From positions 1 to 64,000 of IMG/VR virus record IMGVR_UViG_3300032335_001233: 64,000 bases of DNA, one strand, 5' to 3'. The notes under the pieces are model-generated. The model was not told the origin of the DNA and made no database searches. It saw only the letters and a program-made list of their open reading frames with translations. A program made the translations under genes and the position numbers. The stretch is from a virus (lineage: Duplodnaviria; Caudoviricetes). Shown here in pieces: positions 38,242 to 47,167 of the stretch; the first letter of the stretch is position 1, and each line of letters opens with the position of its first letter.

Positions 38242-40571
38242 AACTTGCAGGCTTCGCAATCTTCAATGTCTTGTAGCATTTGTTCAGCAGCCACTGTGAC
38301 AAAACGATCAATGTCCTGATCTTCTCGACTCTTGGCGCCTTGTTTGTTGATCAAACTGTAATAGAAAGTTTTGATACCCCAATGATGTGCCAACATGAGA
38401 TTTCGAGCAATCAATGTTGTGGGTACTTTGCGTCCTTCAAAGTGAGCCGGGTTGTAGAATGTGTTGGTGGAAATGCTTTGATCAACATAGGCTGTGATCA
38501 CTGCCGCAGTTTTGAGATACCCCGCACAGTCTGTTTGCGCCCACATCAGTTGATATTTGTTTTTGAGTTTGTGATATTCTGGCACCACCTGCACCAAAGA
38601 TCCTGCCTTGCTTTCTTTCACAGAGATCAGGCTCATGGGCATTTCAATGCCGTTGGTGGAATTGATCACCACAGAACTTGACTCCACAGGTGCCACAGCC
38701 ATCAAGGTGGCATTGCGAACACCGTGAGTTTTCATTTGTTCACGCAAAGGTTCCCAGTCTAGCTCAGGCTGAAAATTCGTGAGTTCGTTGGCCCCGGCAG
38801 CTCTTCGCTCCCATGGAAATACACCACGACCGTACCAGGTGCGGTCAGAATCTTTGCAACGGCCTCGCTCCTTGGCAAGTTCCACGGTTGCTTCAGTAAG
38901 GTAGTAGGCTTGGTGTTCCATCCATGACTTAACCTCGGCCAGAGCGTCCTTGTCACCGTATTGCAGTCCCCGCTTGGCATGCCAGTAAGCAAGGTTAGTA
39001 ATGCCAATACCAAGCGGCTGGATTTCATCGTTGGATAGTTTACTTTGTATCGAGAGGAAGTCTTGATAGTCAAGGATATTACACAGGCTCCTCTGCAAAA
39101 TCCTACAAGCCCGACGCATGTCCTCTGGATTACGGAATGCTCCCCAGTTAATGGACCCAAGTGTACATAGCGCGATGCGACCTTGATCATCATCAAGTCG
39201 TTTGAAAGGCTTTGTGGGAAGAAGGATTTCACAGCAAAGATTACTCTGGTAAATGGTGTGGTACTCAGGATCAAACGGACCCTGGTTCATCACATTGTCA
39301 ATGAACACTAAATAGATTCGTCCTGTGTCAGTGCGTTCTTTCAGTATGCCTGACTTGAACACCTCTTCTGCACTCATGGTCTTTTTTCGGAGATCACTTC
39401 GCGCTTCATAACGCACATAGAGTTCTTCAAAAAGCTCAGTGTCCTGATAGAACGCTTCATAGAGGTCCGGAACTTGGTTGGGATCAAAGAACGTTATGTT
39501 TTCTCGGTTCTTGAATCGTCTCCAGAAGAAAGCACTAAGCACAACCCCATAATCCATATGACGGACTCGGGTTTCTTCGGTTCCTTGATTGTTCTTGAGA
39601 ACAATGAGGTCATCAAATTGATGATGCCAGATCGGATAGAATACAGTTGCTGACGCATTTCGAATACCACCTTGTGAACATGACCGCAAGTCTCCAAACC
39701 ACTTCTTGAGAAAGGGAATCATACCAGTGTGCATGATTTCGCCTCCACGTATGGGCGAGCCCAGCGGTCGTAGGCGCCCAATCTCAAGACCAATGCCAGC
39801 ACGTTTGCTGGCATACTTGGCCATCATCTCTCCACTAGCAAATATAGAGTCCAGATCATCATCGCTGCGAATAAGAACGCAAGAACTGAATTGCTTAGTA
39901 GGAGTTCCAAGACCAGCAAGCACGGGAGTAGCAAGAGTAAATAGGCCATCACTCGCAGCATTGTAATATTCCTTAATGTAGCGCATACGAGCGCTGTTGG
40001 GTTCTTCTCGGTGAAACACCGTTGCTGCCGCAATCATGTATCTAACTTGAGGAGTTTCATAGATTTCCTTGGTTGAACGATTGCGTACAAGATACTTTTC
40101 GATCAGCTGCTCAACAGCCGCATATGAATATTGCTCGTCCTTGGCATGATCAATCATGTCATTCATGCGGTTCCAGTCTGCTTCGTCGTACCATTCTAGC
40201 AATTCAGGAGTGTACAGGCCAATGGCCACGTTGCGTTTCACAATCTCATACAAGTGGGGAGGGTCATAGGAACCATACACATCTTTACGCAACATACTCA
40301 AACGTTGCTTGCCTGCTACGTATTGATAATTGGTATGTCCTACATCAGGATTTGATTCTACGTCAATGAGATCTACAATGGCTCGCAGTGTGATGCCATC
40401 AATTTCTCGAGTGCTGATGCCATCGTAAAAGTGTAGCTGTGCTTTGATTTCGATCATGCTCTGACTTACGTCAGCAGTGCCCTTGCAGATTTTGGCTACC
40501 TGATTTTGCCATTTTTCCAGTGACAGCGGCTCGCGGCTGCCATCGCGTTTGAGTACGGTGATGGGCTTCAT
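38238..40571 (-). CDS. nrdA: Ribonucleotide reductase class Ia alpha subunit
   Basis: ATP cone (VLKRDG), SSCVL, SNLCCEI, C-terminal CEAC. Confidence 0.97.
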   Translation of the reverse strand: MKPITVLKRDGSREPLSLEKWQNQVAKICKGTADVSQSMIEIKAQLHFYDGISTREIDGITLRAIVDLIDVESNPDVGHTNYQYVAGKQRLSMLRKDVYGSYDPPHLYEIVKRNVAIGLYTPELLEWYDEADWNRMNDMIDHAKDEQYSYAAVEQLIEKYLVRNRSTKEIYETPQVRYMIAAATVFHREEPNSARMRYIKEYYNAASDGLFTLATPVLAGLGTPTKQFSSCVLIRSDDDLDSIFASGEMMAKYASKRAGIGLEIGRLRPLGSPIRGGEIMHTGMIPFLKKWFGDLRSCSQGGIRNASATVFYPIWHHQFDDLIVLKNNQGTEETRVRHMDYGVVLSAFFWRRFKNRENITFFDPNQVPDLYEAFYQDTELFEELYVRYEARSDLRKKTMSAEEVFKSGILKERTDTGRIYLVFIDNVMNQGPFDPEYHTIYQSNLCCEILLPTKPFKRLDDDQGRIALCTLGSINWGAFRNPEDMRRACRILQRSLCNILDYQDFLSIQSKLSNDEIQPLGIGITNLAYWHAKRGLQYGDKDALAEVKSWMEHQAYYLTEATVELAKERGRCKDSDRTWYGRGVFPWERRAAGANELTNFQPELDWEPLREQMKTHGVRNATLMAVAPVESSSVVINSTNGIEMPMSLISVKESKAGSLVQVVPEYHKLKNKYQLMWAQTDCAGYLKTAAVITAYVDQSISTNTFYNPAHFEGRKVPTTLIARNLMLAHHWGIKTFYYSLINKQGAKSREDQDIDRFVTVAAEQMLQDIEDCEACKL

Positions 40572-40573
40572 TG

Positions 40574-40999
40574 TTACCTAATTTTTTGTTCTAGATCCAG
40601 CAGTGTCAGGATTCGACGCTGTTTGTTTTTGTGTGAACAGATATTTACGATGGAGTCTCTGTCCCAATTCAGTATATATTTTCTCTGGGCTACCAGGACT
40701 AAATTGTCGCTTCCGTTGTCCAACATCACAGCATCTTGCAAATCTTTACGCTCCAGTAGAGCAACAGTGTACATGATTCCCAGCGCTCGTGCAACCGAAC
40801 AGAAAACATTGTCTTCCAACAGTTGCCAAGGATCAGGCCACGTGGCTCGATCATCCCAGTGTAAGTGATAGGCTGACCAAGGAGTGTCAAACCACCAAGT
40901 GTTGATGGTTTGCAAACACTCAGCAATAGGCAAGTTGGTGCAGTCAACTCGCAGCTGATGCCAAGCTGCCAGTCTCTGTTCAAAAGAGCGAGGCCACAT
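40574..40999 (-). CDS. Hypothetical protein (transglutaminase-like)
   Basis: WPDPWQLL....FC motif. Confidence 0.6.
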   Translation of the reverse strand: MWPRSFEQRLAAWHQLRVDCTNLPIAECLQTINTWWFDTPWSAYHLHWDDRATWPDPWQLLEDNVFCSVARALGIMYTVALLERKDLQDAVMLDNGSDNLVLVAQRKYILNWDRDSIVNICSHKNKQRRILTLLDLEQKIR

Positions 41000-42741
41000 C
41001 AGGTCAGATGTTCAATGCTGTAGACAATGGCGCCAGCGACGCCGGTATTGGTAGTGGTATAGTTGACTGTGACCAGTCCTGATGATTCAGACGCCGAAAT
41101 GGTCACCCCTGTGGCTGAATTTTCCATGTAATCATCATTGAACGAAAATGTGGTACCTGACACAATGGTCAAACGACCAGTTCGAATTGTGGAGCCGCGT
41201 GTTATGGTGTAATCAACTCTGAATGCTGGCAACAATGCTGATGTGGTGCGCACCAAGTTTTGTGTGGTGTTGTTGGTCAATGTGTCGGTTACGCCAACAC
41301 CACGACGATATCCAGCCAAGGTCAACTCGCCGCCCGGGGTCACATCCAAGCTACCAAGATTGAAATATTCTGCACCTTGGCTGGTCATGCTGAGACTCAT
41401 GCTGGTGCCGCCAGCAAAAGAAATTCTTGGATAAGTCAAACTCTGATCGTTGTCGCGCTCAAACATGTCAGCCACACTGACGTTGTTGCCGTCTAACACA
41501 ATCACTGGTGCACTGGGCACTGTGTTTCCATTGAACTCGTTGGCCACATCAAGAAAGATGTTGTAGCCTGTGATGTTTAACGAAACACCATTGAATTCAA
41601 TGCCTTCAGCATAGACTTTGTCAAACAAGTTTTGCGTGATTCTCACACCTTGTGCACCGCTGCCAGTGCCCGGTTCAAAGTAAAATCCTTGATATACGTC
41701 GCTAATGTAGCTGTTGCTGATGGTGGCACTAACAACGTCTTGATCAGTGTTGGTAGCATAGGTAAATCCACGAATACGACAGTTGTTCCAATTGATCTGT
41801 CGGCAAGTCAAGCTGCTGGTACTGGCCCAGTCAATGGCTCGTGTGTTGGCTGTGGTAGGTGCTGCTGTGATGGCGGCCTGTGTGAGCGGACCTTCTAGCG
41901 TGACTTCATTGAAGTAGCAGCTTTCGGCGTTTTGCACCAAGAAGCCATTGTTGAGTTGATTGGTCACAAAGGCAATGCCTGATATTTCAATATTCTGCGG
42001 TGGGGCAGCAGCATTGGTAGCAATGTTTACACCAGTTTGTTGTAGACTGTCTGCGGTTCTTGCAATGTACGCTGGCAGGGTTTCAGGAGTCCAGTATGTG
42101 ATGTTTGTTACCAAAACGCCAATGGGCACTTCTCCTGTGCTGCGATAATATGTGCCGCTGTTTTCTACCAACACGCCAGCAGCATATACCACAGCCGAAG
42201 TATGTGGCTGCACATTAAAAGAAATTATGGTGCTCTCAGCGCCTTCTCCAATCAAGTTGGCATAGGGCGGAATATCCAAAGTATCAGTAATGATGTATAG
42301 CCCAGCCGGAAAGAAAATACTGCGACGGATCTGTGGATTGACTTCACGACAGTAGATCTGGTACAGTGCACGATTGATCATGGCAGTGACGTCGGTTATG
42401 CCGTCGCCTGTGGCACCAAAATCTGTGATAATGGCATTGCTGTCCAGTCTGTTCTGTAGACTCTGACTCACAGGGGTAGATGGAGTAGCACCAGTCTGCA
42501 CAGTGTAGCCAGCTGCTTCACCTTCATAGGTGTAGGCAGTGGTAAAGCTCAAAATGTCTGAGTACTCTGTGAGAACTTCGGTGTTGCCTATCACTGGCGC
42601 ACCATCTTCCAATGTGCCGTTGCCAATGAACAGTCTACGTTCATCTACAGCCCAGCCCAATTCAGCACCGGCCAAGGGGCTGGGCAGGTCTGACAGCAGA
42701 CCTTTGCGTTGTGTAATTCGGGAAACTTGTACTATTGCCAC
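40999..42741 (-). CDS. Virion tail/baseplate protein with pectate-lyase-like beta helix
   Basis: ELGWAVD..RLFIGNG; DFGATGDGITD.T; FFPAG.Y. Confidence 0.8.
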   Translation of the reverse strand: MAIVQVSRITQRKGLLSDLPSPLAGAELGWAVDERRLFIGNGTLEDGAPVIGNTEVLTEYSDILSFTTAYTYEGEAAGYTVQTGATPSTPVSQSLQNRLDSNAIITDFGATGDGITDVTAMINRALYQIYCREVNPQIRRSIFFPAGLYIITDTLDIPPYANLIGEGAESTIISFNVQPHTSAVVYAAGVLVENSGTYYRSTGEVPIGVLVTNITYWTPETLPAYIARTADSLQQTGVNIATNAAAPPQNIEISGIAFVTNQLNNGFLVQNAESCYFNEVTLEGPLTQAAITAAPTTANTRAIDWASTSSLTCRQINWNNCRIRGFTYATNTDQDVVSATISNSYISDVYQGFYFEPGTGSGAQGVRITQNLFDKVYAEGIEFNGVSLNITGYNIFLDVANEFNGNTVPSAPVIVLDGNNVSVADMFERDNDQSLTYPRISFAGGTSMSLSMTSQGAEYFNLGSLDVTPGGELTLAGYRRGVGVTDTLTNNTTQNLVRTTSALLPAFRVDYTITRGSTIRTGRLTIVSGTTFSFNDDYMENSATGVTISASESSGLVTVNYTTTNTGVAGAIVYSIEHLT

Positions 42742-42760
42742 AGTGATCGTCCTAGAGGTA

Positions 42761-43477
42761 TCACGTATTTAGTGAATAGAACAGTTCCAAGCGATGCCAC
42801 CACTGAGTGCGATAAAACTCAAATTCTGCGCCTTCCAGCACAAATTCCTGGTATTGCGGTTTTCCAATAATGTTGTGTTGCTCATCTAGATCAGGTTTGA
42901 CACACATCAAAATCACGCCTTTGCGTATGTTGGTACCGTGTAGTTCGTTGTGTGCTTCGGCATAGGCACACAGTTGCAAAAAGTAATCTGTAATGTATTC
43001 GCGTTTTTTGGGTTTGTTGCTTTGCTTGTAGTCCAAAATTGACTCTTGACCCAGGTGTATGCCAGCGCCATCTGTGGTGCCAGCATAGATGCCCGAGAAA
43101 TACAACGGCACTTCGATTCCCCAGAATTCTGATACATTTTTTAGGCCTTGACTCACTACTTCTTGAGCCATGACATAACTGGGCCACGAAAATGGATTGG
43201 ATCCACGAATCGGCATTTCACCAGTTTTGACATAGTTCTCAAGATATGTGTGCATGCGTGTGCCACGATTGGCTGCTTCGGTAGTGATTTGTTGTGCTCG
43301 AGCATGTCCCACATTGCGGCGCCACTGCTCTAGAGCTTGCTTGCTTTCTTCAGGCTTGGTGCGATCCAGTATGGTTGTGACACTGGGCAATCGTTGGCCG
43401 TCGGGTGTGGCATAGAATCTACGACCGTCTACGGTCACACGTGGTATGGGTTGGTAATCAAAACGGGGGTTATACAC
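42761..43477 (-). CDS. PD-(D/E)xK exonuclease (phage Cas4-like)
   Basis: LPSVTTIL, RGT.MH, AGTTD, DYK, QL.AY. Confidence 0.85.
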   Translation of the reverse strand: MYNPRFDYQPIPRVTVDGRRFYATPDGQRLPSVTTILDRTKPEESKQALEQWRRNVGHARAQQITTEAANRGTRMHTYLENYVKTGEMPIRGSNPFSWPSYVMAQEVVSQGLKNVSEFWGIEVPLYFSGIYAGTTDGAGIHLGQESILDYKQSNKPKKREYITDYFLQLCAYAEAHNELHGTNIRKGVILMCVKPDLDEQHNIIGKPQYQEFVLEGAEFEFYRTQWWHRLELFYSLNT

Positions 43478-43793
43478 GAAAACTTTCACCGCAACCGCAG
43501 CGGTCACGTTCATTGGGGTTGGTAAATTCAAAGCCTTCATTGAGGCCTTGGCGTACCCAGTCCACAATCATACCATCAAGATACACTTGATGTCGTTGAT
43601 CAACCAAGACTACATAATTTGGTTGGGCATGATTGATCACGCCTGTTTCGGGCTCATAGGTTTTCACATACTCTAACACATAGGCCAGGCCCGAGCACCC
43701 TGTGGTCTTGACTCCAACGCGGATGCCAGCGTAGCCTTTGGTTTTCACCAGCTGAGTAATTTTGGCGTCAGCACGCTCGCTGATCGAGATCAC
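43470..43793 (-). CDS. iscA: Fe-S cluster assembly A-type carrier
   Basis: GCSGL.Y, F.NPN, CGCGESF. Confidence 0.93.
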   Translation of the reverse strand: MISISERADAKITQLVKTKGYAGIRVGVKTTGCSGLAYVLEYVKTYEPETGVINHAQPNYVVLVDQRHQVYLDGMIVDWVRQGLNEGFEFTNPNERDRCGCGESFRV

Positions 43794-44182
43794 TCTTGCC
43801 TCGTATTGCGTTTGCAATAGTCTTCCACTGCGGCCTTGATGGCATCCTCGGCCAAGATTGAACAATGTATCTTGACTGGAGGCAGGGCTAGCTCTTGGGC
43901 AATGTCGGTGTTGCGGATTGCGGCGGCTTGGTCAAGGGTTTTGCCTTTGACCCACTCAGTGACAAGACTTGAGCTTGCGATCGCCGAGCCGCAGCCATAC
44001 GTTTTGAAGCGAGCATCTGTAATAATACCTGTATCATGATCTACCTTGATTTGCAATTTCATTACGTCACCACAGGCCGGTGCCCCCACCATGCCGGTAC
44101 CCACGTTGGTGTCGCTCTTGTTGAACGAACCCACGTTGCGTGGATTTTCATAATGATCGATTACTTGGTCAGAATAGGCCAT
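43790..44182 (-). CDS. iscU: Fe-S cluster scaffold
   Basis: HYENPRNVG, APACGDV, GCGSAIASSS, LPPVKIHCS. Confidence 0.97.
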   Translation of the reverse strand: MAYSDQVIDHYENPRNVGSFNKSDTNVGTGMVGAPACGDVMKLQIKVDHDTGIITDARFKTYGCGSAIASSSLVTEWVKGKTLDQAAAIRNTDIAQELALPPVKIHCSILAEDAIKAAVEDYCKRNTRQE

Positions 44183-44192
44183 ACTTTCCTCA

Positions 44193-44221
44193 ATTATAGC
44201 AAAACTACAGCCCAGTGTCAA
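44193..44221 (-). promoter_or_regulatory. Consensus sigma70 promoter of iscU-iscA
   Basis: TTGACA-17-TATAAT with extended TG. Confidence 0.9.
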
Positions 44222-44228
44222 GCCGTGA

Positions 44229-44585
44229 TTACTTGCTCATACCGCGTTTCATGGCCGATTTGGCTGCTTTGGCCACAATGTCTTGTGCCTTGTTCACAGG
44301 TATAGAGACATTGTCAGGGGCAGCACCCTTGAACTTGATAGGTTCGGTACTGCCCGGATCCAGTGGTTCTAAAACATTGCTGAGAGGTTCTTGGTTGACA
44401 ATGGTATCAAGATTTTGCTTGTTGACCGGGATGTCAAGACTCTGCGCTAGACTCACGAATGCGTCTTGACTGATTTGCTTTTGAGCGTTGGTGTCTTGTG
44501 CGCGGCCAGACAAAAACTCTGCCAGTCCCAGCAGCTGGGCAGGGTCCGGTGTCGGCCCCACGCTGGCCACTTCAGTGATGCGCAT
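44229..44585 (-). CDS. Hypothetical protein (candidate head-internal)
   Basis: Start MRITEV. Confidence 0.7.
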   Translation of the reverse strand: MRITEVASVGPTPDPAQLLGLAEFLSGRAQDTNAQKQISQDAFVSLAQSLDIPVNKQNLDTIVNQEPLSNVLEPLDPGSTEPIKFKGAAPDNVSIPVNKAQDIVAKAAKSAMKRGMSK

Positions 44586-44586
44586 G

Positions 44587-45483
44587 TTATCTACGCTGAC
44601 GGCCAAGCGAAGCCGCAGGAGTTTCTTCGTCGTCCATGTCAGCCACAGCAGCATCAGCAGCAGCGTCTAGGTCGTCGCCAGCCACGTCAGCTACGTCGGC
44701 ATCTAAGTCGGCAGCTACATCAGCACCAATGCCAGCACCAGCGTCAGCGCCCATGCCAGCCAGGTCTGGTGTGGCCATTTGTTGGCCAGTTACCACGCCC
44801 AGGGCTGCATCTAACTGTTGTTTGGTGCCTTGGATGTTTTGCAGCAGACCGGTCAGTGCAGCCGAAGCATCAGCATTGAACTGAGTGGCTTGATCAATGC
44901 CCACTTGATTCTTGATGGAATCAACCAGTGCTGGTAACTCTTTGAATTGCAATTCGCTTACGTCTTCCAGCATGCCTTGCATTTTGTCCACCATGTCTTG
45001 GGCAGCCAACACCACTTGAGCCTGTTGTACTTCACTTTCTTTCAACATGCGATAGGCACGACGCAATTTGCTTTCAGCCTTCATGAGTGCAGCACCAGCC
45101 ACCATTTTTTGTTCGTCAGGGGTAAGTGATTGTCCAGCAGCAGATTTTTTCAATGCAGCTGCCAACTTGGGATCTTTGACTTTGGCCACAGCCTGCTGAG
45201 CTTGCTGAGCAGATTGGTCAGTGGCAGGAGGCGTCATTTCAGCCAAGTGACTGTGAAGAGCCTGTTCCATCATGACCAGTTTAAGATATGCTGGATTGCG
45301 TTCGCCCCAGTGACGTGCTGTGGTGCTTTGGTGCTCGTCCAATAGACTGCGCACACGTGACAGCATGGTTTGCGTTTGACCTCGGCCAAGACGTTCAAGT
45401 TTGAGCCCTTGGCCAAAGTAACTTTCAAACACTTGGTCAACGTGTTTTACGGGCTTAGACGCTGAGAATTCTTGCAGTTTCAT
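44587..45483 (-). CDS. Hypothetical protein (candidate prohead core/internal)
   Basis: MKLQEF start, acidic tail, ends LGRQRR. Confidence 0.75.
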   Translation of the reverse strand: MKLQEFSASKPVKHVDQVFESYFGQGLKLERLGRGQTQTMLSRVRSLLDEHQSTTARHWGERNPAYLKLVMMEQALHSHLAEMTPPATDQSAQQAQQAVAKVKDPKLAAALKKSAAGQSLTPDEQKMVAGAALMKAESKLRRAYRMLKESEVQQAQVVLAAQDMVDKMQGMLEDVSELQFKELPALVDSIKNQVGIDQATQFNADASAALTGLLQNIQGTKQQLDAALGVVTGQQMATPDLAGMGADAGAGIGADVAADLDADVADVAGDDLDAAADAAVADMDDEETPAASLGRQRR

Positions 45484-45931
45484 TCTGGAAATCCTTTAAT
45501 TCAATATATTTAGCCCGGTTCAGGCATTTTTCTAATTCGTTTTTGACATAGGTCAAACGCTGACGTTTGTGATCTAGTTTGACTTCCAGTATGTCACAGA
45601 AATCAAGATCTTGACTGTGTTTGATGGTGCTTGTGGTATGTTGAATATCAGCACTGAGATGATTCAAGGATTGATCCAGCCGCATGATTTCGCGACTGAG
45701 ATTGAAGCAATGATGACGTTCAGCTGAACACCAGCCCAAAGCTGATCTCTGCGATGAAAAATCACCTTGCTTGCGATCCCAAGTAAACACTGAAAAATTT
45801 TGTTGTCGCTGCTTGATCAAGTACTTGCCAAACACCACCAATGACCCGTCTGGCTGTGGCACCAGCATGCGCTCAGCATGTTTACGTATTTGCTGATCAG
45901 TAAATTGGGCTAGCTTTTGTCGGACATTCAT
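45455..45931 (-). CDS. Hypothetical protein
   Basis: Coupled ORF with a coiled-coil C-terminus. Confidence 0.65.
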   Translation of the reverse strand: MNVRQKLAQFTDQQIRKHAERMLVPQPDGSLVVFGKYLIKQRQQNFSVFTWDRKQGDFSSQRSALGWCSAERHHCFNLSREIMRLDQSLNHLSADIQHTTSTIKHSQDLDFCDILEVKLDHKRQRLTYVKNELEKCLNRAKYIELKDFQNETARILSV

Positions 45932-46191
45932 TTGAAAACGTATTGTTGTAACAGCCACATCACTGTGGCGCCTAAAAATCCAATGATGCCCACACCCCAA
46001 GCAATGACTTGGTCGGTGCGCTTGTTGCTCATGATATCTATTTTTTCGCCAATGTCTGAGACATGCGTTTTGACTTCTTTGATGTCTGACTCAACTTCTA
46101 GCAGTTTGGTTTCCAGTATTTTGTATCGCTGTGCACAGAGCTCGACGTGAGCTTCCAGGCTTTTCTTTTCAATTTCTGTGGTTTCAGACAT
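45928..46191 (-). CDS. Coiled-coil protein with C-terminal TM (XhlA/holin-like architecture)
   Basis: LEAHVELCAQRY, then coiled coil and TM. Confidence 0.7.
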   Translation of the reverse strand: MSETTEIEKKSLEAHVELCAQRYKILETKLLEVESDIKEVKTHVSDIGEKIDIMSNKRTDQVIAWGVGIIGFLGATVMWLLQQYVFK

Positions 46192-46203
46192 GGTATTCTC
46201 CGA

Positions 46204-46626
46204 TTAGATATTTACCTGACTGAACCAAATGTTGCAACGTTCACCTTGTGTTGCAATTTGTGGAATTGTGCCAGTCTGCTCATCAAGATCAATCATCATG
46301 GGCACACCTTCACAGTCTTGACAAAGTCCTGCTAGAGGATCAGTGCTGTGACTGGCTCCGTATACAGCATCACTTTCTACCACAAAACTAAATTCCCACA
46401 CACCCTGATCACACACAGGATTGGTCAATTCAAACAACTGCGCTCGCAGTCCCAACAACTGCAACAAGGTTTCGTAATTGCGTTGTTGATTTCTGCTGCG
46501 ATTCCAGTCTGCAACATTGCGCACCCACTGGCCAGCATGGTCTTGAAATGGCATGGCTGACAGTTTAAAATGTCCTGTGACTCCAGTGCGAGTACAGTCA
46601 AACAAGGTGCGGCACAGTATCTTCAT
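46204..46626 (-). CDS. Hypothetical protein
   Basis: TLFDCT.TG...RNQQRNYETL; TAAATA upstream. Confidence 0.7.
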   Translation of the reverse strand: MKILCRTLFDCTRTGVTGHFKLSAMPFQDHAGQWVRNVADWNRSRNQQRNYETLLQLLGLRAQLFELTNPVCDQGVWEFSFVVESDAVYGASHSTDPLAGLCQDCEGVPMMIDLDEQTGTIPQIATQGERCNIWFSQVNI

Positions 46627-46650
46627 TCTGTGCGTATTTAACGCACAAAG

Positions 46651-46674
46651 AAAAGCCCCGGAGGATTCCGGGGC
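46651..46674 (-). terminator. Intrinsic terminator
   Basis: AGCCCCGGA-N4-TCCGGGGCTTTTCTTT. Confidence 0.8.
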
Positions 46675-46692
46675 TGTTCATGAACCAAGCGA

Positions 46693-47109
46693 TTAAACGT
46701 TGGTGAAAGTGGCGCTGCCAGCAACGTTGCCAGTTGGAATGCCAATGTTCAAGCCACCAGTGGCGTTGGCTACTTGAGCAGCGGCAACCAGGGTAGCAGT
46801 GGTGTAAGCACCAACTGGGTACACAGCAATGTTCAACACAGCAGGAGCGCTGGGAGTCACTTGGTACATAGCAACAGTGGCTGTTTGCTGGATAGCTTGC
46901 AGAACGTTGTTGATGTAGCCAGTAGCGTTGGCAGCGCCGCTAGCGCTGAGAGCGCTGTTGGCAGTCAAGCTGAAGAACTCCAGCTTGGGACCGGCCATCT
47001 GCACAGGACCCTGAGCAGCGATGTTGGCGGTGTTGGCGATTGTGCCGTTTTGCACGTCGATAGCAAACACTGGTTGTGTTGTGCCGTTTACTTTGGTAAT
47101 TTGAGCCAT
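46693..47109 (-). CDS. Probable abundant virion structural protein
   Basis: Ala/Thr/Asn-rich; strong SD; own promoter and terminator. Confidence 0.65.
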   Translation of the reverse strand: MAQITKVNGTTQPVFAIDVQNGTIANTANIAAQGPVQMAGPKLEFFSLTANSALSASGAANATGYINNVLQAIQQTATVAMYQVTPSAPAVLNIAVYPVGAYTTATLVAAAQVANATGGLNIGIPTGNVAGSATFTNV

Positions 47110-47167
47110 TTTTTTCTCCTAATGATTGGGCTTTCGACCCTGCACTTATTTAGTCAGATTGGAAAAA

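Noticed and set aside
36013-40571. Introns, inteins or homing endonucleases in nrdA/nrdB
   Set aside because: Both ORFs are continuous and of normal length, and the genes between them have no endonuclease motifs.
42761-43477. Cas4-like nuclease as part of a CRISPR-Cas system
   Set aside because: No cas genes or array are nearby and the four-Cys cluster motif is absent; it is an ordinary phage exonuclease.
22606-44221. Bacterial chromosome origin, suggested by clpX, rpsU, iscU and the porin
   Set aside because: These genes are interleaved with T4-like helicase, UvsW, PAAR and tail genes and TAAATA promoters, and they lack bacterial operon context.
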